From the NCBI RefSeq assembly GCF_004010195.1, contig NC_057720.1, positions 32,326,650 through 32,390,649 on the forward strand: DNA of 64,000 bases, given 5' to 3'. Below the pieces are notes generated by a model that saw nothing but the letters and a program-made list of their open reading frames with translations, searched no databases and was not told the origin of the DNA. Of the stretch, positions 24,267-38,324 are shown one piece after another. This DNA is from Chiloscyllium plagiosum. Its lineage: Eukaryota. The first letter of the stretch is position 1. Each line of letters begins with the position of its first letter. The translations under genes were made by a program, and so were the position numbers.

Positions 24267-27200
24267 CAGAACAAAGAACAAAGAAAATTACAGCACAGGA
24301 ACAGGCCTTACGGCCCTCCAAGCTTGCGCCGATCCAGACCTTCGATCTAAACCTGTCGCCTATTTTCTAAGGATCTGTATCCCTTTGCTCCCTGCCCATT
24401 TATGTATCTGTCCAGATACATCTTAAATGATGCTATCATTCCCACCTCCAATGGCAACATGTTCCAGACCCCCACCACCCTCTGTGTAAAGAACTTTTCA
24501 CGCTTCTCTCCCCTAAACCTTTCCCCTCAGACTTTGAACTTGTGACCACTAGTAATTGAGTTCCGCACTCTGGGGAAAAAGCTTCTTGCTATCTACCCTG
24601 TCTATACCTCTCATGGTTTTGTAGATCTCAATCAGGTCCCCCCTCAATTTCCGTATTTCTAATGAAAATAATCCTAATCTATTCAACCTCTCTTCATAGC
24701 TAGCACCCTCCGTACAAGGCAACATCCTGATGAACCTCCTCTGCACCCTGTCCAAAGCATCCGCATCCTTTTGGTAATGTGGCGACCAGGACTGTAGGTA
24801 GTATTCCAAATGTGACTGAACCGAAGTCCTATATAAGTGTAACATGATCTGCCAACTCTTGTACTCAATACCCCATCCAATGAAGGAAAGCATGCTGCAC
24901 TTTACCACTTGACCAGTCCACAGATGTGCAGGTCGGGTGAATTGGCCATGCTAAATTGCCTATAATGTTAGGTGTATTAGTTGGGGTAAATATAGGGTAG
25001 AGGAATGAGTCTGGGTGGGTTAGTTTCGGAGGGTTGGTGTGGACTTGTTGGGCTGAAGGGAATCTTAAAATAAAACCTGCATTTCCACCTTCAGGGAACA
25101 ATGGACCTGAACACCCAGATCTCTCTGTATGTCAATTTTTCCCAGGACTTTTCCATTTACTGTATAGTTCGCTCTTGAATCGGGTCTTCCAAAATGCATC
25201 ACCTTGCATTTGCCTGGATTGAACTTCATCTGCTATTTCTCTGCCCATCTCTCCAATCTATATATATTCTGCTGTATTCTCTGACAGTCCCCTTCACTAT
25301 CTGCAATCTTGGTGTCATTTGCAAACTTGCTAATCAGACAGGTAATACCTTCCTCCAAATCATTTGTATATCACAAACAATATTGGTCCCAGCAAGGATC
25401 CCTGTGGAATACCACTGGTTACATTTTGAGAAACTCCCTTCCACTACTATTCTGTCTCCTGTTGCCCAGCCTGTTCTCTATCCATCTAGCCAGAACACCA
25501 CGGACCCCATGTGACTTCACCTTCTCCATCAGCCTATAATGGGGAACCAAAAGCCTTACTAAAGTCCATGTGTATGACATCTACAGCCCTTCCCTCATCA
25601 ATCAACTTTGTCACCGCCTCAAAGAATTATATTACGTTTGTAAGACATGACCTTCCCTGCACAAAACCATGCTGCCCATTACTGATAAACACATTTTCTT
25701 CCAAATGGGAATAGATTTTTCTTAAACCTGTTTGCTAAAGATATCTCATGACCCCTTTTAGCCCTCTTAATTCCTTTTTCAGATTGGTCCTACATTTCTG
25801 ATATTCTTCCAAAGCTTCGTCTGTCTTCAGTCAACTAGACCTTATGTATGCATCCTTTTTCTTCTTAGATGGTCTCACAATTTCACCTGTCATCCATGGT
25901 TCCCTAACCTTGCCATTTTGATCCCTCATTTTTACAAGAACGTACTCCTCCTGAACTCTAATTAACTTCTCTTTAAAAGCCTCCCACATATCGAATGTGC
26001 TTTTACCTTCAAACAGCTGCTCCCAATCTACACTCCTGCTGAATTTTGGTATAGTTGACCTTCCCCCAATTTAGCACTCATCCTTTAGGACCACTCTCAT
26101 CTTTGTCCATGAGTATTCTAAAACTTGGCAATAGTGATCACAATTCCATAAAGTAATCCCTTACTGAAAAATCAACCACCTGGCTGGGCTTATTTCCCAA
26201 CACCAGGTCCAGTATGGCCCCTTCCTGATTTGGACTATTTACATACTGCTCTAGAAAACCCTCCTGGATGCTCCTTACAAATTCTGCTCCATCTAGACCT
26301 CTAACACGAAGTGAATCCCAGTCAGTGTTGGAAAAATTAAAATCTCCTATCACCACCACCCTGTTGCTCTTACATTTTTCCACGATCTGATTCCATATTT
26401 GCATCTCTATCTCCCATTCACTGTTGGGAGGCCTGTAGTATAACAGGCCCAACATTGTTATCATACCCTTCCAAATTTCTGAGCTCTGCCCATATTGCCT
26501 CACTGCTCGAGTCTTCCATAGTGCCCTCCTTCAGCACAGCTGTGATATATTCTTTGACCAGTAATGCAGTTCCTCCCACTCTATCCCGCGTGAAGCATTG
26601 ATATCCTGGGATGATTAGCTGCCAATCAAGCCCTTCCCTCAACCAAATCTCAGTAATAGCAATAACATCATGCTCACAGGTACTAATCTAAGCCCTAAGT
26701 TCATCTGCCTTACCTACTATACTTCATGCATTAAAAAAAAAGCACCTCAGACCACCAGTCCCTTTCAATTCATCACCTGCTCCCTGCCTCCTCTTCCCTT
26801 TACTTACGCTGACTTCATTATCTAGTTCCTTACAGGCTTTAGTTACTGCTTCATTACTGTCCCACTAACCTCATTTGGTTCCCAACCCCCTGCCACATTA
26901 GTTTAAACCCTCCTCAACAGTGTTAGCAAAAGTGCCCCCAAGGACATTGGTTCCAGTCCGGCTCAGGTGGAGACCATCCAATTTGTAATAGTCCCACCTC
27001 CCCCAGAACCGGTCCCAATGTCCTAAAAATCTGAACCCCTCCCTCCTGCACCATCTCTGAAGCCATGCATTCATCCTGTTTCATTCCTACTCTGACTATC
27101 ATGTGGCATTGGTAGCAATCCTGAGATTACTACCTCTGTGGTCCTACTTTTTAAGTTGGCTCCTCAATCCCTAAATTCTGCTCGTCAGATCTCATCCCGT

Positions 27201-27326
27201 TTTTACCTCTTATCGTTTGTGCCAATATGCACCATGACAACCGGCTGTACACCCTCCCCCTTGAGAATGTTCTGCAGCTGATCCAAGACATCCCTGACCC
27301 ATGAACCTGGGAGGCAACATACCAGC
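24267..27326 (-). mobile_element. CR1 LINE with ORF1 esterase remnant and ORF2 fragments; partial HE1 SINE nested at ~24914-25061
   Basis: Minus strand reads LVCCLPG..RDVLDQLQNILKGEGVQPVVMVHIGTND (SGNH-type CR1 ORF1), then YYRPPNS..GDFNF..ILDLVLGN, RT remnants and a (TTCTTTG)n tail. Confidence 0.9.
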
Positions 27327-28440
27327 TGCTACCTAAATAAAACTGTTTCACTCCCCTTTCCAGCAGGCCTCTGGTCCTCGCCGTCGTCTCTTGATAAATG
27401 GAGGCCCCGATGCCCAAGATAAGTTTCTAAAAATTATTCTTTGTCACCTCAGGTATGCCTAGTCATTTGAAGCAAGGAATGAGGCCAACACTTTCAAAGA
27501 AACAATTAAAATATATTTTTCTTCAGATAAGCATAATTTATCTTCAAAATATCTTCATTGTGACATATAGCTATGGTTGGGGAACGTGATCCTATTCTTC
27601 TGAACTTTCCCATTAAAAAGCAAGGCTAATAATAACAGGTTATTGCAGTCTTTCTTGGAAGTAAAAGAAAGTTCTTGGTTTAAATATGAAACTTACCTTT
27701 TAAAAATGCTTTTAAATTTAATTCTGAAGATTGTCTTCAAATTGTTTGGAAAAATGAAAACTCCAATGTGATGTGAAGCTCCCTCCTTGATTCACTAAGA
27801 GATCATAGCAATTGTTACTTTGAAACTCTTCACGTTGTATAGTTCAGACTGAAGTCTTAAGAACTGCAAGTTCATGCACGGTTAGTAACTCGTTAGTAAG
27901 GTCATGGCTTGGGACGTCAACTGTCTTTCCCTCCACAAATACTGTCTGAGTTGCTAATATTTCCAGCAATTTTTAATTCTATGTCAGATTTCTAGCATCT
28001 CCAATATTTTGACTTTTGTTTCAGTTAATAGCTTAATTCGTTGACTATAATGGCTTTGGAAAGAAAGCTAAAGCCTGGACTTTTGAAAAAGGCCGAAGCC
28101 TCCCAAGTATTGAGCTTAGCTGAAAGTCTTCAAGATGTGAAATAACTTGTCATGGATATTGTGAGCTATATAACCATTGTGCTTAACACCTTATTTTTAG
28201 TAATGGAGCTTTACTTTATTGAGGAAAAATGATCCAAAGAATTTTGAAAGCATATTGTCAATGGTCTGTGTTTTTTCTTTCATTCATAGTCAGAGAGTCA
28301 TAGAGGTCAACAGCATGAAAACCAACCTCTTGTCCAAACTTGCCCATGCCGTCCAGTTTTCACATTTTAAACTAGTCCCATTTGCCTGCGTTTGGTGCAT
28401 ATCCCTCCATATCTATTCCATGTACCTGTCCAAGTATTTC

Positions 28441-30537
28441 TTCTCCCAGCTTACAGGCAAAAGTTCAAGCAGGGGTCCCACTCGTGGATACAAGTCCAGT
28501 GCTGGTCGGAGGATCAACTCCGGTGCTGTCTGGAATCAGCTGATTGGGCCATGTTCAAACTGTCCACAGGTACCTTTTACGAGTACACCACCACCGTCAC
28601 AGACTTTATCACCGGGTGTGTGGAGGACTGTATACCGAGGAAGTCAATCCGGGTATTCCCCAACAGGAAACCCTGGATGAATCAGGACATGCAGAACCTG
28701 CTAAAAACCAGGCATGAGACCTTCAGGTCAGGAGATCCACTCAAATATAAGGAATCCAAGTATGACCTTCGCAGAGCCATTAAGACAGCCAAGGACCAAT
28801 ACCGATCCAAACTAGAGACCCAAACAGACACCCGGCGACTGTGGCAAGAACAAAATGACATCTCAGGTTCTAAAAAAAAAGACAGTGCAAGATAGCAGAC
28901 TATGACACATCGTCTCAATACCTTCTATGCTTGTTTTGAGCAGAATTTCGGCGGAGAGGTAACCTATTCTGACAAGTCTTGACAAATCTATCTCAACAGT
29001 CATTGCATTAGAGGTCAGATCCGTTTTCTTTCGTGTGAATCCAAGGAAAACGATGGGACCAGAAGGAGTACCAGGCTGTGCACTCAGAGCATACGCAAAT
29101 CAACTGGCAAAGCTCTTCTCGAACATCTTCAAACTCTCCCTACAGCAGGCCACTGTCCCTGCCTGTTTCAAGAGGGCTAACATCATCTCCATGCCTAAGA
29201 AGGCTCATGCAGCATTCCTCGATGACTACCGCCCAGTGGCCTGAATTTCAGTGGTCATGAAGTGCTTTGAATGGCTGGTCATTGCATTAATCAACTCCAG
29301 TCTCCCCATTACTCAACCCCCTCCAATTTGCCTATCGGACCAACAGATCCACGTCAGATGCCATATCATTTGCCCTTTGCTCCTCCCTAGAACATCTTGA
29401 CATTAATAACAGCTACATAAGAATCCTACTCATTGACTACGGTTCAGCCTTTAACATTATTATTCCCTCGAAACTGATTACTAAACTTAGTGATCTTGGA
29501 CTAAACCTCACTCTCTGCAACTGGATTCTCAGTTCCCTGACCCACAGGCCACAATCAGTGAAGATTGAAGATAATATTTCATCCTCACTAACACTCAACA
29601 CTGGAGCCCCCCAGGGATGCGTATTCAGCCCCCTACTGTACTCACTGTATACCCATGACTGCATCACCAAATACCAAACTAATGTCATTTACAAGTTTGT
29701 TGGTGACGCCACCATAGTCGGTCGAAACTCAGATGGTGACAAAACAGATTACAGATTGGAGGTGGGAGACCTGGAAAAATGGTGTACTGAGAACAACCTA
29801 GCTTTCAATGTCGGCAAAACCAAGGAACTCATTATTGACTTCGGCAGGATGTTACTCGTGTCCCCCTACACATTAACAGCACAGAGGTGGAACGAGTGGA
29901 GAGTGTCAAGCTCCTGGGAGTGGTCATCCATAGCAAGCTAACTTGGACTCTTCATGTGGATGCACTGGTTACAAAGGCCCAACAACATCTCTTCTTCCTC
30001 AGGCAGCTAAGGAAGTTTGGCATGACGGCGAATACTCTTGCCAACTTTTATAGATGCACCATCGAGAGCATTCTGTCTGGATGTACCACTACCTGGTATG
30101 GCAACTTTAACCTTTCAAGATCGGAGACAGTTACAGAGAGTGGTGAACTCTGCCCGGACAATCACAAAGGCCAACTTCCCATCTATGGAATCCATCTGCC
30201 AGGCCTGATGTCAAGGAAAGGCCACCAGCATTGTCAAAGATCCATCCCACCCTGGCAATGTTTTTCTACAACCTGTACCATCGGGGAGAAGGCACAGGAC
30301 CCTGAACACATGCACCAGCTGGTTTCGAAACATTTCTATCCTACTATTGTTAGAATACTGAATGGACTCTCAAACTCTTCGTATTTGCCTTTACCTGTAT
30401 TATTGTTTTTGCCGCTGATTACCTATTATTTACTTATCTATGCTACTTAACCCTGTGATCTGCCTGTATTGCTTTCAAGACAAAGCTTTTCACTGTGCCT
30501 CGGTACACGTAACAATAAATTCAATACAATAAATTCA
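28441..30537 (+). mobile_element. Rex1/Babar-type LINE, 5' truncated and frameshifted
   Basis: [97 protein letters not shown]-type tail. Confidence 0.9.
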
Positions 30538-31709
30538 CTGCCCTCTCAGATGAGGGCAGTGTCCAAATATCTGCCACTAAAAGAGTACCTGACAATCTTG
30601 CATAAAAGAGCTGTCACCTAAAAAGATTCCTTACTGGGGCCTGTGTCTGACTTATTTATTGCAGGTGCAGAGCTTCAGCCAAAATCTGCATTCTTGGTCG
30701 AGGTAGTCTCTGATGTGGAGGCTATCTTTAGTTTATCACTTCCTTTCTCATTTGAGTTTATGTGCGAGAGTGAATTGTCCCGTTGTAAGCTTGAGCAGTG
30801 TCAGACCTTTCTTTGCAATTTTTTGATCTTCAGTTTCTTGCTTAAAAATCTTATTCCTTTTCGATTTTCATGTCAAATTGCTAGAATTTGTGCTTTTGAT
30901 TTGAGCAAACATATTGTTTTTGGCAGCTATGTTGACTCTACTACCAGATCAATACTTTTGTTTCATGCCCATTTTACATTGATTTAAAAAATTGCAGCAC
31001 CAAAATTTGAGCATTTGATAAAGGCTGCAATATTAAAACCAGGAATTAACCAAGTCATAAAAGCTCTGATTTCTATTCTGTGCTGAGTTAGCTGATCTCA
31101 GCTATATTTGCACTTGAGGTAGTACATATAGCTTTGATGTCTTTGGATTAGAGAATAGAAATACCATCCAGTGTTTCTGTTTCTGATCATTGCTGAAGTC
31201 AGTTCTGAGATGTGCATGAATGGGAATTGAGTAAATCTGAATCTGAATATGTTTGAAATATGTTGCTTCAGGTTTGGATAGATTGCCTATTTCACCATAT
31301 ATTCTTCCATGTAGAAATAGCCAGTTAGCTGATGCTGTAGACCAATTGCACATGCCAGCTTCCACAGAGCATTGATTTCACATTTCTTTTAAATTGTTTT
31401 TTTTCTATCATTACAATTGGAAAACGTAACACATTAATGTATGGTTTTTGGTATTCCGAACAGGTGGTCAATATAGATGGAATTGAGGATATTTTGAGTT
31501 GGCTTCTCACTTAAGTAAATCTATGAGCAGAGGATTGGGAAATACTTCACAGTGCTTTAATATATTCTGATGTTTATCTGGCTGCATTTAAATGTCTCAA
31601 TGTTGAATATTGGGGTCCCTAAAAACAGAGTTTTCCTAGTGTTTACCATATAGCATAAGATTTCATTTAAAAGATATTACAATTGCAATTAATTTTCTAA
31701 AATTCTAGA

Positions 31710-32016
31710 CTTGGGCTGTTTTCCCTCGAGTGTTGGAGGCTGAGGGATAACCTTTTATAGAGGTTTATAAAATCATGAGGGGCATGAATAGGACAAACAG
31801 ACAATGTCTTTTGCCTGGGGTGGAGAAGTCAGAACTAGAGGGCATAGATTCAGGGTGAGAGATAAAAGGGACCTGAGGGGCAACTTTGTCAGGCAGAGGG
31901 TGGTGCATGTATGGAATGAGCTGCCAGAGGAAGTGGTGCAGGCTGGTACAATTACAGCATTTGAATGGGTATATGATTTCGAAGGGTTTAGAGGGACAGG
32001 GGCCAAATGCTGGCAT
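31710..32016 (+). mobile_element. CR1 3' fragment
   Basis: RTRGHRFRV..DLRGNF..QRVVHVWNELPEEVV. Confidence 0.85.
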
Positions 32017-32020
32017 ATAT

Positions 32021-32726
32021 AGTTATGAAGGTGAAGTTGTGTACTGTACCTTTAAAAGAGAGTGAAAGCTGGCAAGCACCTGTTTACTGTGAGTGTGCTG
32101 GAAAATTGTTAATTTTGGTTGTAACCTAGATACCAGTTGTTTTCACAGCAGTTCGAATTTAACTAATCAGTTTAAATTATGCCCCAAGATACTAAAACCC
32201 AATCAAATTTGAATTTTACTGTTTTGACAACATTTAACCAATGGGACAATCCAATGTTTGGCATATAAAAAGCAGGTATTTTGGACAATGAGGCAGAAAG
32301 ACCACCACCTGCCATTGTCAGACAGACTGCCTGAAAACACTCTCTATCAAAGGTACTGTTTCCATATGAAAAATCTGTGCAGCAGAAGACCGAAGATGAC
32401 CCGAGGAAGGTCGACACCAGAGATGACAGCCGTTGTTTGGTTTTGAAAATAGAGTTGCTGTAAATTTAATGGGGGCTTTATTGGAGCAATATATTGTTAT
32501 AAAGTGGGAGGTAGATAACAAACCTTTAGAAGAAAGGAGGCTTAGAGTTGTAAATAGTTGTTGTTTGATGTTCACTTTTTGAGTTAAAAAATAAAATTGA
32601 TACTTTTTGTTAACTAGGTCATTTGGGTAGTTCTCTGTCACTCATACTTTAACAGATTACGAGGCAAGGTGAGCTTCTCTGTGTGTTTGGTTTAATTAGC
32701 AGAAGGTTTGCTGCCGTGTTGTAACA
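32021..32726 (+). mobile_element. Solo LTR (Gypsy-like)
   Basis: Ends (A/T)GTTA...TAACA, ATAT 4-bp TSD at 32017-32020 and 32727-32730, several CCAAT boxes, TATAAAA at 32264, AATAAA at 32590. Confidence 0.65.
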
Positions 32727-33714
32727 ATATGTTCTCAGGGTAGAGGAATTTCAATAGAGAGAAGCTCTCATCAAGAAGACCTGGTGAGCAGCAGTTCTCG
32801 TCAGGTGGTCCCCAAAAAGTGATTTTCATTGAACGGTCCTCCTCAGGCAGATGGAACCAGAAGGAGAGGAAGAATACCGAGGGAAGAGTTATCTCACACC
32901 TCAGCTAGAGAGGAGGATGCTACCCCCACCACATTAACAAGACTGAAATGACAGTCTTCTGGTATCAGTGAACCATTCCCACCCATCACGGTTATATACT
33001 TTCTTTAGTAATTAACTAATGTATGATATCTGAACTGCTGCTGCTTAACAAACTCAAAACATTATCTGAAAATTGCTTCCAAATTGTTGACTGCCTATAT
33101 TAGGTAACTGGGATCAACAATAAAATCAACATTGAAGTTAACCTTAAGTTTGTTCTTATTACATCATATCTTGTGCTGGTGTGCCTTTGTGAATTATGCA
33201 AAGCCGTACTTAGCATCATTCATATGCTTCCTTATTGAGACAATTTTTTTTCAAATTCTGAACTTTATGTTGGCCTTAAAATCAAAGTTTAGCAGCTTGT
33301 GGTTGTTGTTTGGCTACAGAAATTAAACAAATAAAGAAAATTGTTAGACTATTTGTCTTTTGATATATTGTCCCTGATTTTAAAAAACCCTTCTCTGGAG
33401 AATCCAATCCCTAAATTATTTCATTCATTGCTTTGCTTATTGCAGATGAAAAAATGTATGCTTTCCTTGTAACTTCGAAGCCTTTCAAGTTGTCACCTGG
33501 CTTCAATGAAATTAAACGTAGATGAGAAAGAACCATAGGCGACTCTCCAATAGAAATGAACACTGCACATATCTTGCCTAGTCATGCCTTTGAAGCTAAG
33601 GCAAGGTGAGGAGCCCGACTTCCATGAGACCACGTATTTACTAATCTGTCCTATACTTATATAACATGAAAACCCTCTGTGTCCACTTTTGCCTACAATT
33701 TGGTTGCTGATGTC

Positions 33715-34975
33715 CTGCTTTGACAAGGTTTTGCATGGTGGAGTAATTAGTAAAGTTAAAATCACATGGGATTCAGGGTGAGTTTACCAATTGGATACAA
33801 ATTTGGATTGGTGGTACAGGGTTGTTTTTCAGACTGGAGACCTTTGACCAGTGATATTCCACAGGGATCAGTACTGGATCCACTTTTGTTATTTATATAG
33901 GAGGCATGGTTAGTAAGTGTGTCGCCAAAGTTAAAAATCACGCAACTTTGTACACCCCAGTCCAACACCGGCACCTCCAAATCATAAGTTTGTGGATGAC
34001 ACCAAATTTGGTGGTACGCTCAACAATGAAGAAATTATCTAAGATTACAAAGAGATCTTGATCATGTGGGTCAATGGACTGAGGAGCAGCAAATTGAGTT
34101 TAGTTTGGATAAATTCCTGAAGAAGAGCTCATGCCCGAAACGTCGATTCTCCTGCTCCTTGGATGCTGCCTGACCTGCTGCGATTTTCCAGCAACACATT
34201 TTCAGCTCTAAATGTGAGTCATTGCAATTTGGTAAAACGAACAAGGGCAGGATTTATACAGTTGATGGTAGAGCCCTGGGTAATGTTGTAGAACAAAGAT
34301 ACCTGGGGGTTCAGGTACATACTTCTTTGAAATTTGTATAATGGGTAGGCAGGGTGATTAAGAAGACATTTAGCATGCGTGCCTTCATTGCTCAGACCTT
34401 TAATTTTAGGAGATGGGCTGTCATGTTGAGGTTATACAGGACATTAGTGAGGCCTCTTCCAGAGTACTGTGTCCATATCAGGTTGCCTTGCTGTAGGAAA
34501 GATATTATTAAATTGGAGAGGGTTCAGAAAAGATTTACAGGATATTGCTGGGATGGATTTGAGTTATAAGGAGAGGCTGGAACATTTTTCACTGGAGCAT
34601 AGGAGGTTGAGGGGTGACCTTATAGAGGTTTGTAAAATCACGAGGAACAGGGGTAAGGTGAATAGCTTTTCCTTAGAGTGGGGAACTCATTACTGGGACA
34701 TATTTTTTAAGTTGAGAGTAGAAAGTTTTGCAAAGGATATCAGTCACAGCATTTTCTACACTATGGTTCATATGTGGAATGAACTGTCACAGGAAGTAAT
34801 GGTGCAGGTACAATTACAACATTTAAAAGATATTTGGACAGGTACATGAATAGGAAAGGTTTAAAGGGATATGGGCCAAACACATGCAAATGGGCTAGTT
34901 TAGTTTGGGAATGTGGTTGGCTTCAACAAATTGGACCAAAGAATCTATTTCCATGCTGTATGACTCTATGCTATT
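33715..34975 (+). mobile_element. CR1 LINE 3' part with two small Penelope-type insertions (~33925-33985 and ~34115-34208)
   Basis: DIPQGSVLDP, KFVDDTK and LYRTLVRP motifs; (CTCTATG) tail; inserted CTGAAGA..GAAACGTC segment flanked by TAAAT. Confidence 0.85.
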
Positions 34976-35219
34976 CTATCTTGTTTTTCAAACTGTTTAA
35001 TTAGTCAACCCCCACTTCTCATCCTGTCACCATTTTTTTTAATATATTGTTTTCTTAGTACTTTGTACATTCAATCCCTACCCTAACTGATCACTGCTCC
35101 TTTACCTTCCTACTCCTCTAATAATCCAAGGTTTGAATCCCACTTAGATAACCCCATAATTACCCTATGTAGTCCATTTGTGTTCTGCCTAGGTCCACTC
35201 AACTCCTGGTCTCATTATA

Positions 35220-36070
35220 GCCTTGGTTCAAACATGACTAGAGGGAGGAGAGAGTGACCACCCTTACATCAAGGCCACGTTTGACTGAGTGTGGCATCAA
35301 GGATCTCTAGCAAAATTAGTGTCAATGCGAATGAGGGGGAATCGCTCCATGGGTTGGAGTCACACCTAGCACACAGGAAGATAGTTGTGGCTACTGGAGA
35401 TTAGTCATCTTAGCTCCTGGGCATTTCTGCAGGTGTAGCTCATGATAGCATCCCAGGCCCAACCATCTTCAGGTGCTTCATCAATATCTTCCCTCCACAG
35501 TAACATCAAAAGTGAGGATGTTCACTGATGATTGCATTATGACAACACCATTTTACATATCTCAGAGATTGAAGATGTCCATGTCCACAGGCTGCAAGAT
35601 TTGGACATTATTTGGGTTTGGGCTGACAATTAGCAAATAATGTTCACACCATGCAAGTCCCAGACAATGGCCATCTCTAACAGCAGAAAATCTAACCGTT
35701 GCCATCACCGAATCCCCCACCATCAACGTTCTTGGTTATTATTAACCAGAAACTAAACTGGACTAGCCTCATGAATACTGGTTACAAGTGCAAGTGAGAT
35801 GCTAGAAATCTACAATATTCTGCAATGAGTAACTTACCTCCTGACTTTCCAAAGCTTGTTTACTACCCAAAAGGCACAAGTCAGAAGAGTGATGGTATAC
35901 TTTCCAATTGCCTGGATGAATACAGCTTCAACAGCAGTCAAGGAGCTTGACATCATAGAAGACAAAGCAGAAACATGAGAACATTACCCACCTGGAGGTT
36001 CATCTTCAAACCACAGACTATCCTGACTTGGAAATATATTGCCATTCTTTCAGTTTTACTAAGACAAATT
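35220..36070 (+). mobile_element. Decayed CR1-clade LINE fragment (second family)
   Basis: Similar to 21690-22620 (DIKATFD*VWHQG, GPTIF.CFIN, MFTDDC). Confidence 0.7.
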
Positions 36071-36078
36071 TTCAAGTA

Positions 36079-36282
36079 CAGGCAGTTCTTCCAGAACGCA
36101 ATAGTTGCGTTCCTGTACAGCCCTACGCTACACAAAAATCACACAATATAAATAACATTTAAAGTGTTGGCGATCTTATTGCCTTATAGCCAACACGAAC
36201 GTTAAAAGTTTGTGCTTTATTCACCCAATCATGTTGCAGCCAATTTGCATAAACAAAAGGTGCATTTTAACAGAACTGACTG
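36079..36282. mobile_element. Tc1/mariner (Tigger-like) MITE
   Basis: TA-flanked imperfect TIRs: CAGGCAGTTCTTCCAGAACGCA versus reverse complement CAGTCAGTTCTGTTAAAATGCA. Confidence 0.65.
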
Positions 36283-36829
36283 TAATCAATTGCATATCCT
36301 CCCAAAGTGGTGTATGGGAAGCTTTCCTTCATTAGCCAGGGCATTGAATTTGGAGCAAGGAAGTCTTATTACAACTTTATAAAACATTTGTTAGGCCACA
36401 GATGGAATACTGTGTGCAGTTCTGGTTGCCACACTATTAGAAGATTATGACTGCACTTGAGTGGATGCAGAGGAGATTCATCAGGATGTTGCCTGGGATG
36501 CAAAGTCTCAGGTTGCAAGGAGAGAATGGACTGACTAGGTTTGTTTACCTTGGAAAAGAGGAGTCTGATTGAGGTATACAAAATTATGAGGTATAGACAC
36601 AGTGGATCATGAGAATCTTTCCCCATGGCAGATACATCTATGACCAGAGGGCAAAAGTTTAAGGTGAGGAGTAAGTCATATGGGTAAATTGAGTTTTTGA
36701 GATTAAACTTTTGGCAAATTGGACAAGTCAGCTCATAGAGGAGTAGCAGTTTTGAGAAGTTGAAATCGTATGATATCAGTTCTCAACAGGGCCAACACAG
36801 CATGGGTGACCCATTTTGCACTGTTTTGG

Positions 36830-37123
36830 AGTGCACTCACAGCCCATGCTCTCATCCTCTGATTGTTTCTTTGTCAGACTAACTCCCTTTCTGTTGCTTC
36901 CCTGCCTAACTCTCTTTCCCCCTCTCACTTCGGGCCTGTCCTTGCTCAGAGTGTGGGTTCGATAGAGAAAACAGTACAGTGCACTCACAGCCCATGCTCT
37001 CATCCTCTGATTGTTTCTTTGTCAGACTAACTCCCTTTCTGTTGCTTCCCTGCCTAACTCTCTTTCCCCCTCTCACTTCGGACCTGTCCTTGCTCAGAGT
37101 GTGGGTTCGGTAGAGAAAACAGT
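36830..37123 (+). repeat. Near-perfect tandem duplication, period 148 bp
   Basis: 36830-36975 and 36978-37123 differ at only 2 positions by eye. Confidence 0.95.
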
Positions 37124-37279
37124 GAGTGTAAAGTTGTCAGTGTACAGGTTGTAAGTAGGAAGAGTTTGACATGTGGTCAGACGTTGGGTCAACCTTTCAG
37201 ATATTATCACCTATTAGTTGTGTATATAATGGTGCTCTTCCAATGGAAAAGATTATGAAGAGTTTTCTTTCTTTTGCAG

Positions 37280-37422
37280 AAGTAATAGTGGTTACAACAA
37301 GGGAAGTACAGAAACAGCTACCACAAATAGACACAAAACTGAATTTGGATACAGTCTGTATTCCAGAGGACACTGACATGGGAACTGCGGACTCTTTACG
37401 ACAGATTCATGGAAAAATTAAG
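37280..37422 (+). CDS. EIF2B3: EIF2B3 second coding exon ([48 protein letters not shown])
   Basis: Polypyrimidine tract and TGCAG acceptor, AAG|GTAGTG donor. 143 nt, completes the phase-1 codon (G|AA). Contains the conserved DMGTADSLR motif. Confidence 0.97.
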
Positions 37423-38324
37423 GTAGTGCATTATTTTGAGTTAAAATCCCTTTTAAGGAGTCATCAATAATTGTTATGTTTGTAAGTGTACTCAGAGAAT
37501 CATTGCTCATGCCTCTGCCTGGGCTTTTAAAGGAGCGTTTTAGTGTATTCATCTGGACTCTTTGAGTATATGTTTCGATTCTTACTGAGTTTCTGGAATA
37601 AGTTTTCTCTTTCCCTACTTGTTGTTTCTTGCCAGTTTTGCAGTTTCTTTAGTCTTTTCCACATTCTTTGCGCAATGTAATATTCTGTGACTTCAGTCAA
37701 TCTGTGTAACCATCACTTATCATCTAATTTTGCCAACCTCCGTCTGTAACTTGCTTTGCAAGTGTAACTAAATTGTTTTTTTTAAAGACTGTTTCTCATG
37801 CTGACATGTCATTATTTTCTCACCCAATCTGTGCACAGATTTCATATTGCTGCTTCCCAGCCTCCAGCTGAAATAAATTAGTAAAATGGGGATTATTTTA
37901 TTGAATAAAGATTTTTGTACTTGGACATATTGGGGCTGTTGCACATCCAGTGGTTGGAAAAAATGTTTTAGTTGAGCCCACAAAAATTCCCATAGCTTCT
38001 CATTCGCCTCTAGAAAGCTTGCAAAAAACAAACAAACTGTCTCTGCATTTGTTAGCTTTTCCTTTGATTCATTTTGTGTGGTTTCTTTACTATGCCTTCG
38101 TAACATCTAGCTTTCTCACTCCTCACATTTAATTTTTTTCAGTTTATTTTTTCACCTCCGTTCCTTTTTACTCTTCTAACTCCTGGTATCTTCTATTTGC
38201 TAACCAATAATGGCTATTTCTGTAGCTAACCAACTGGAAAAAGTAAATGTGATCTATGAAGCCAGCTTTCATTCTGGGCTCTTATTTTTCCAATATTACT
38301 GTCACTTGGTTCATAACATTGTCT

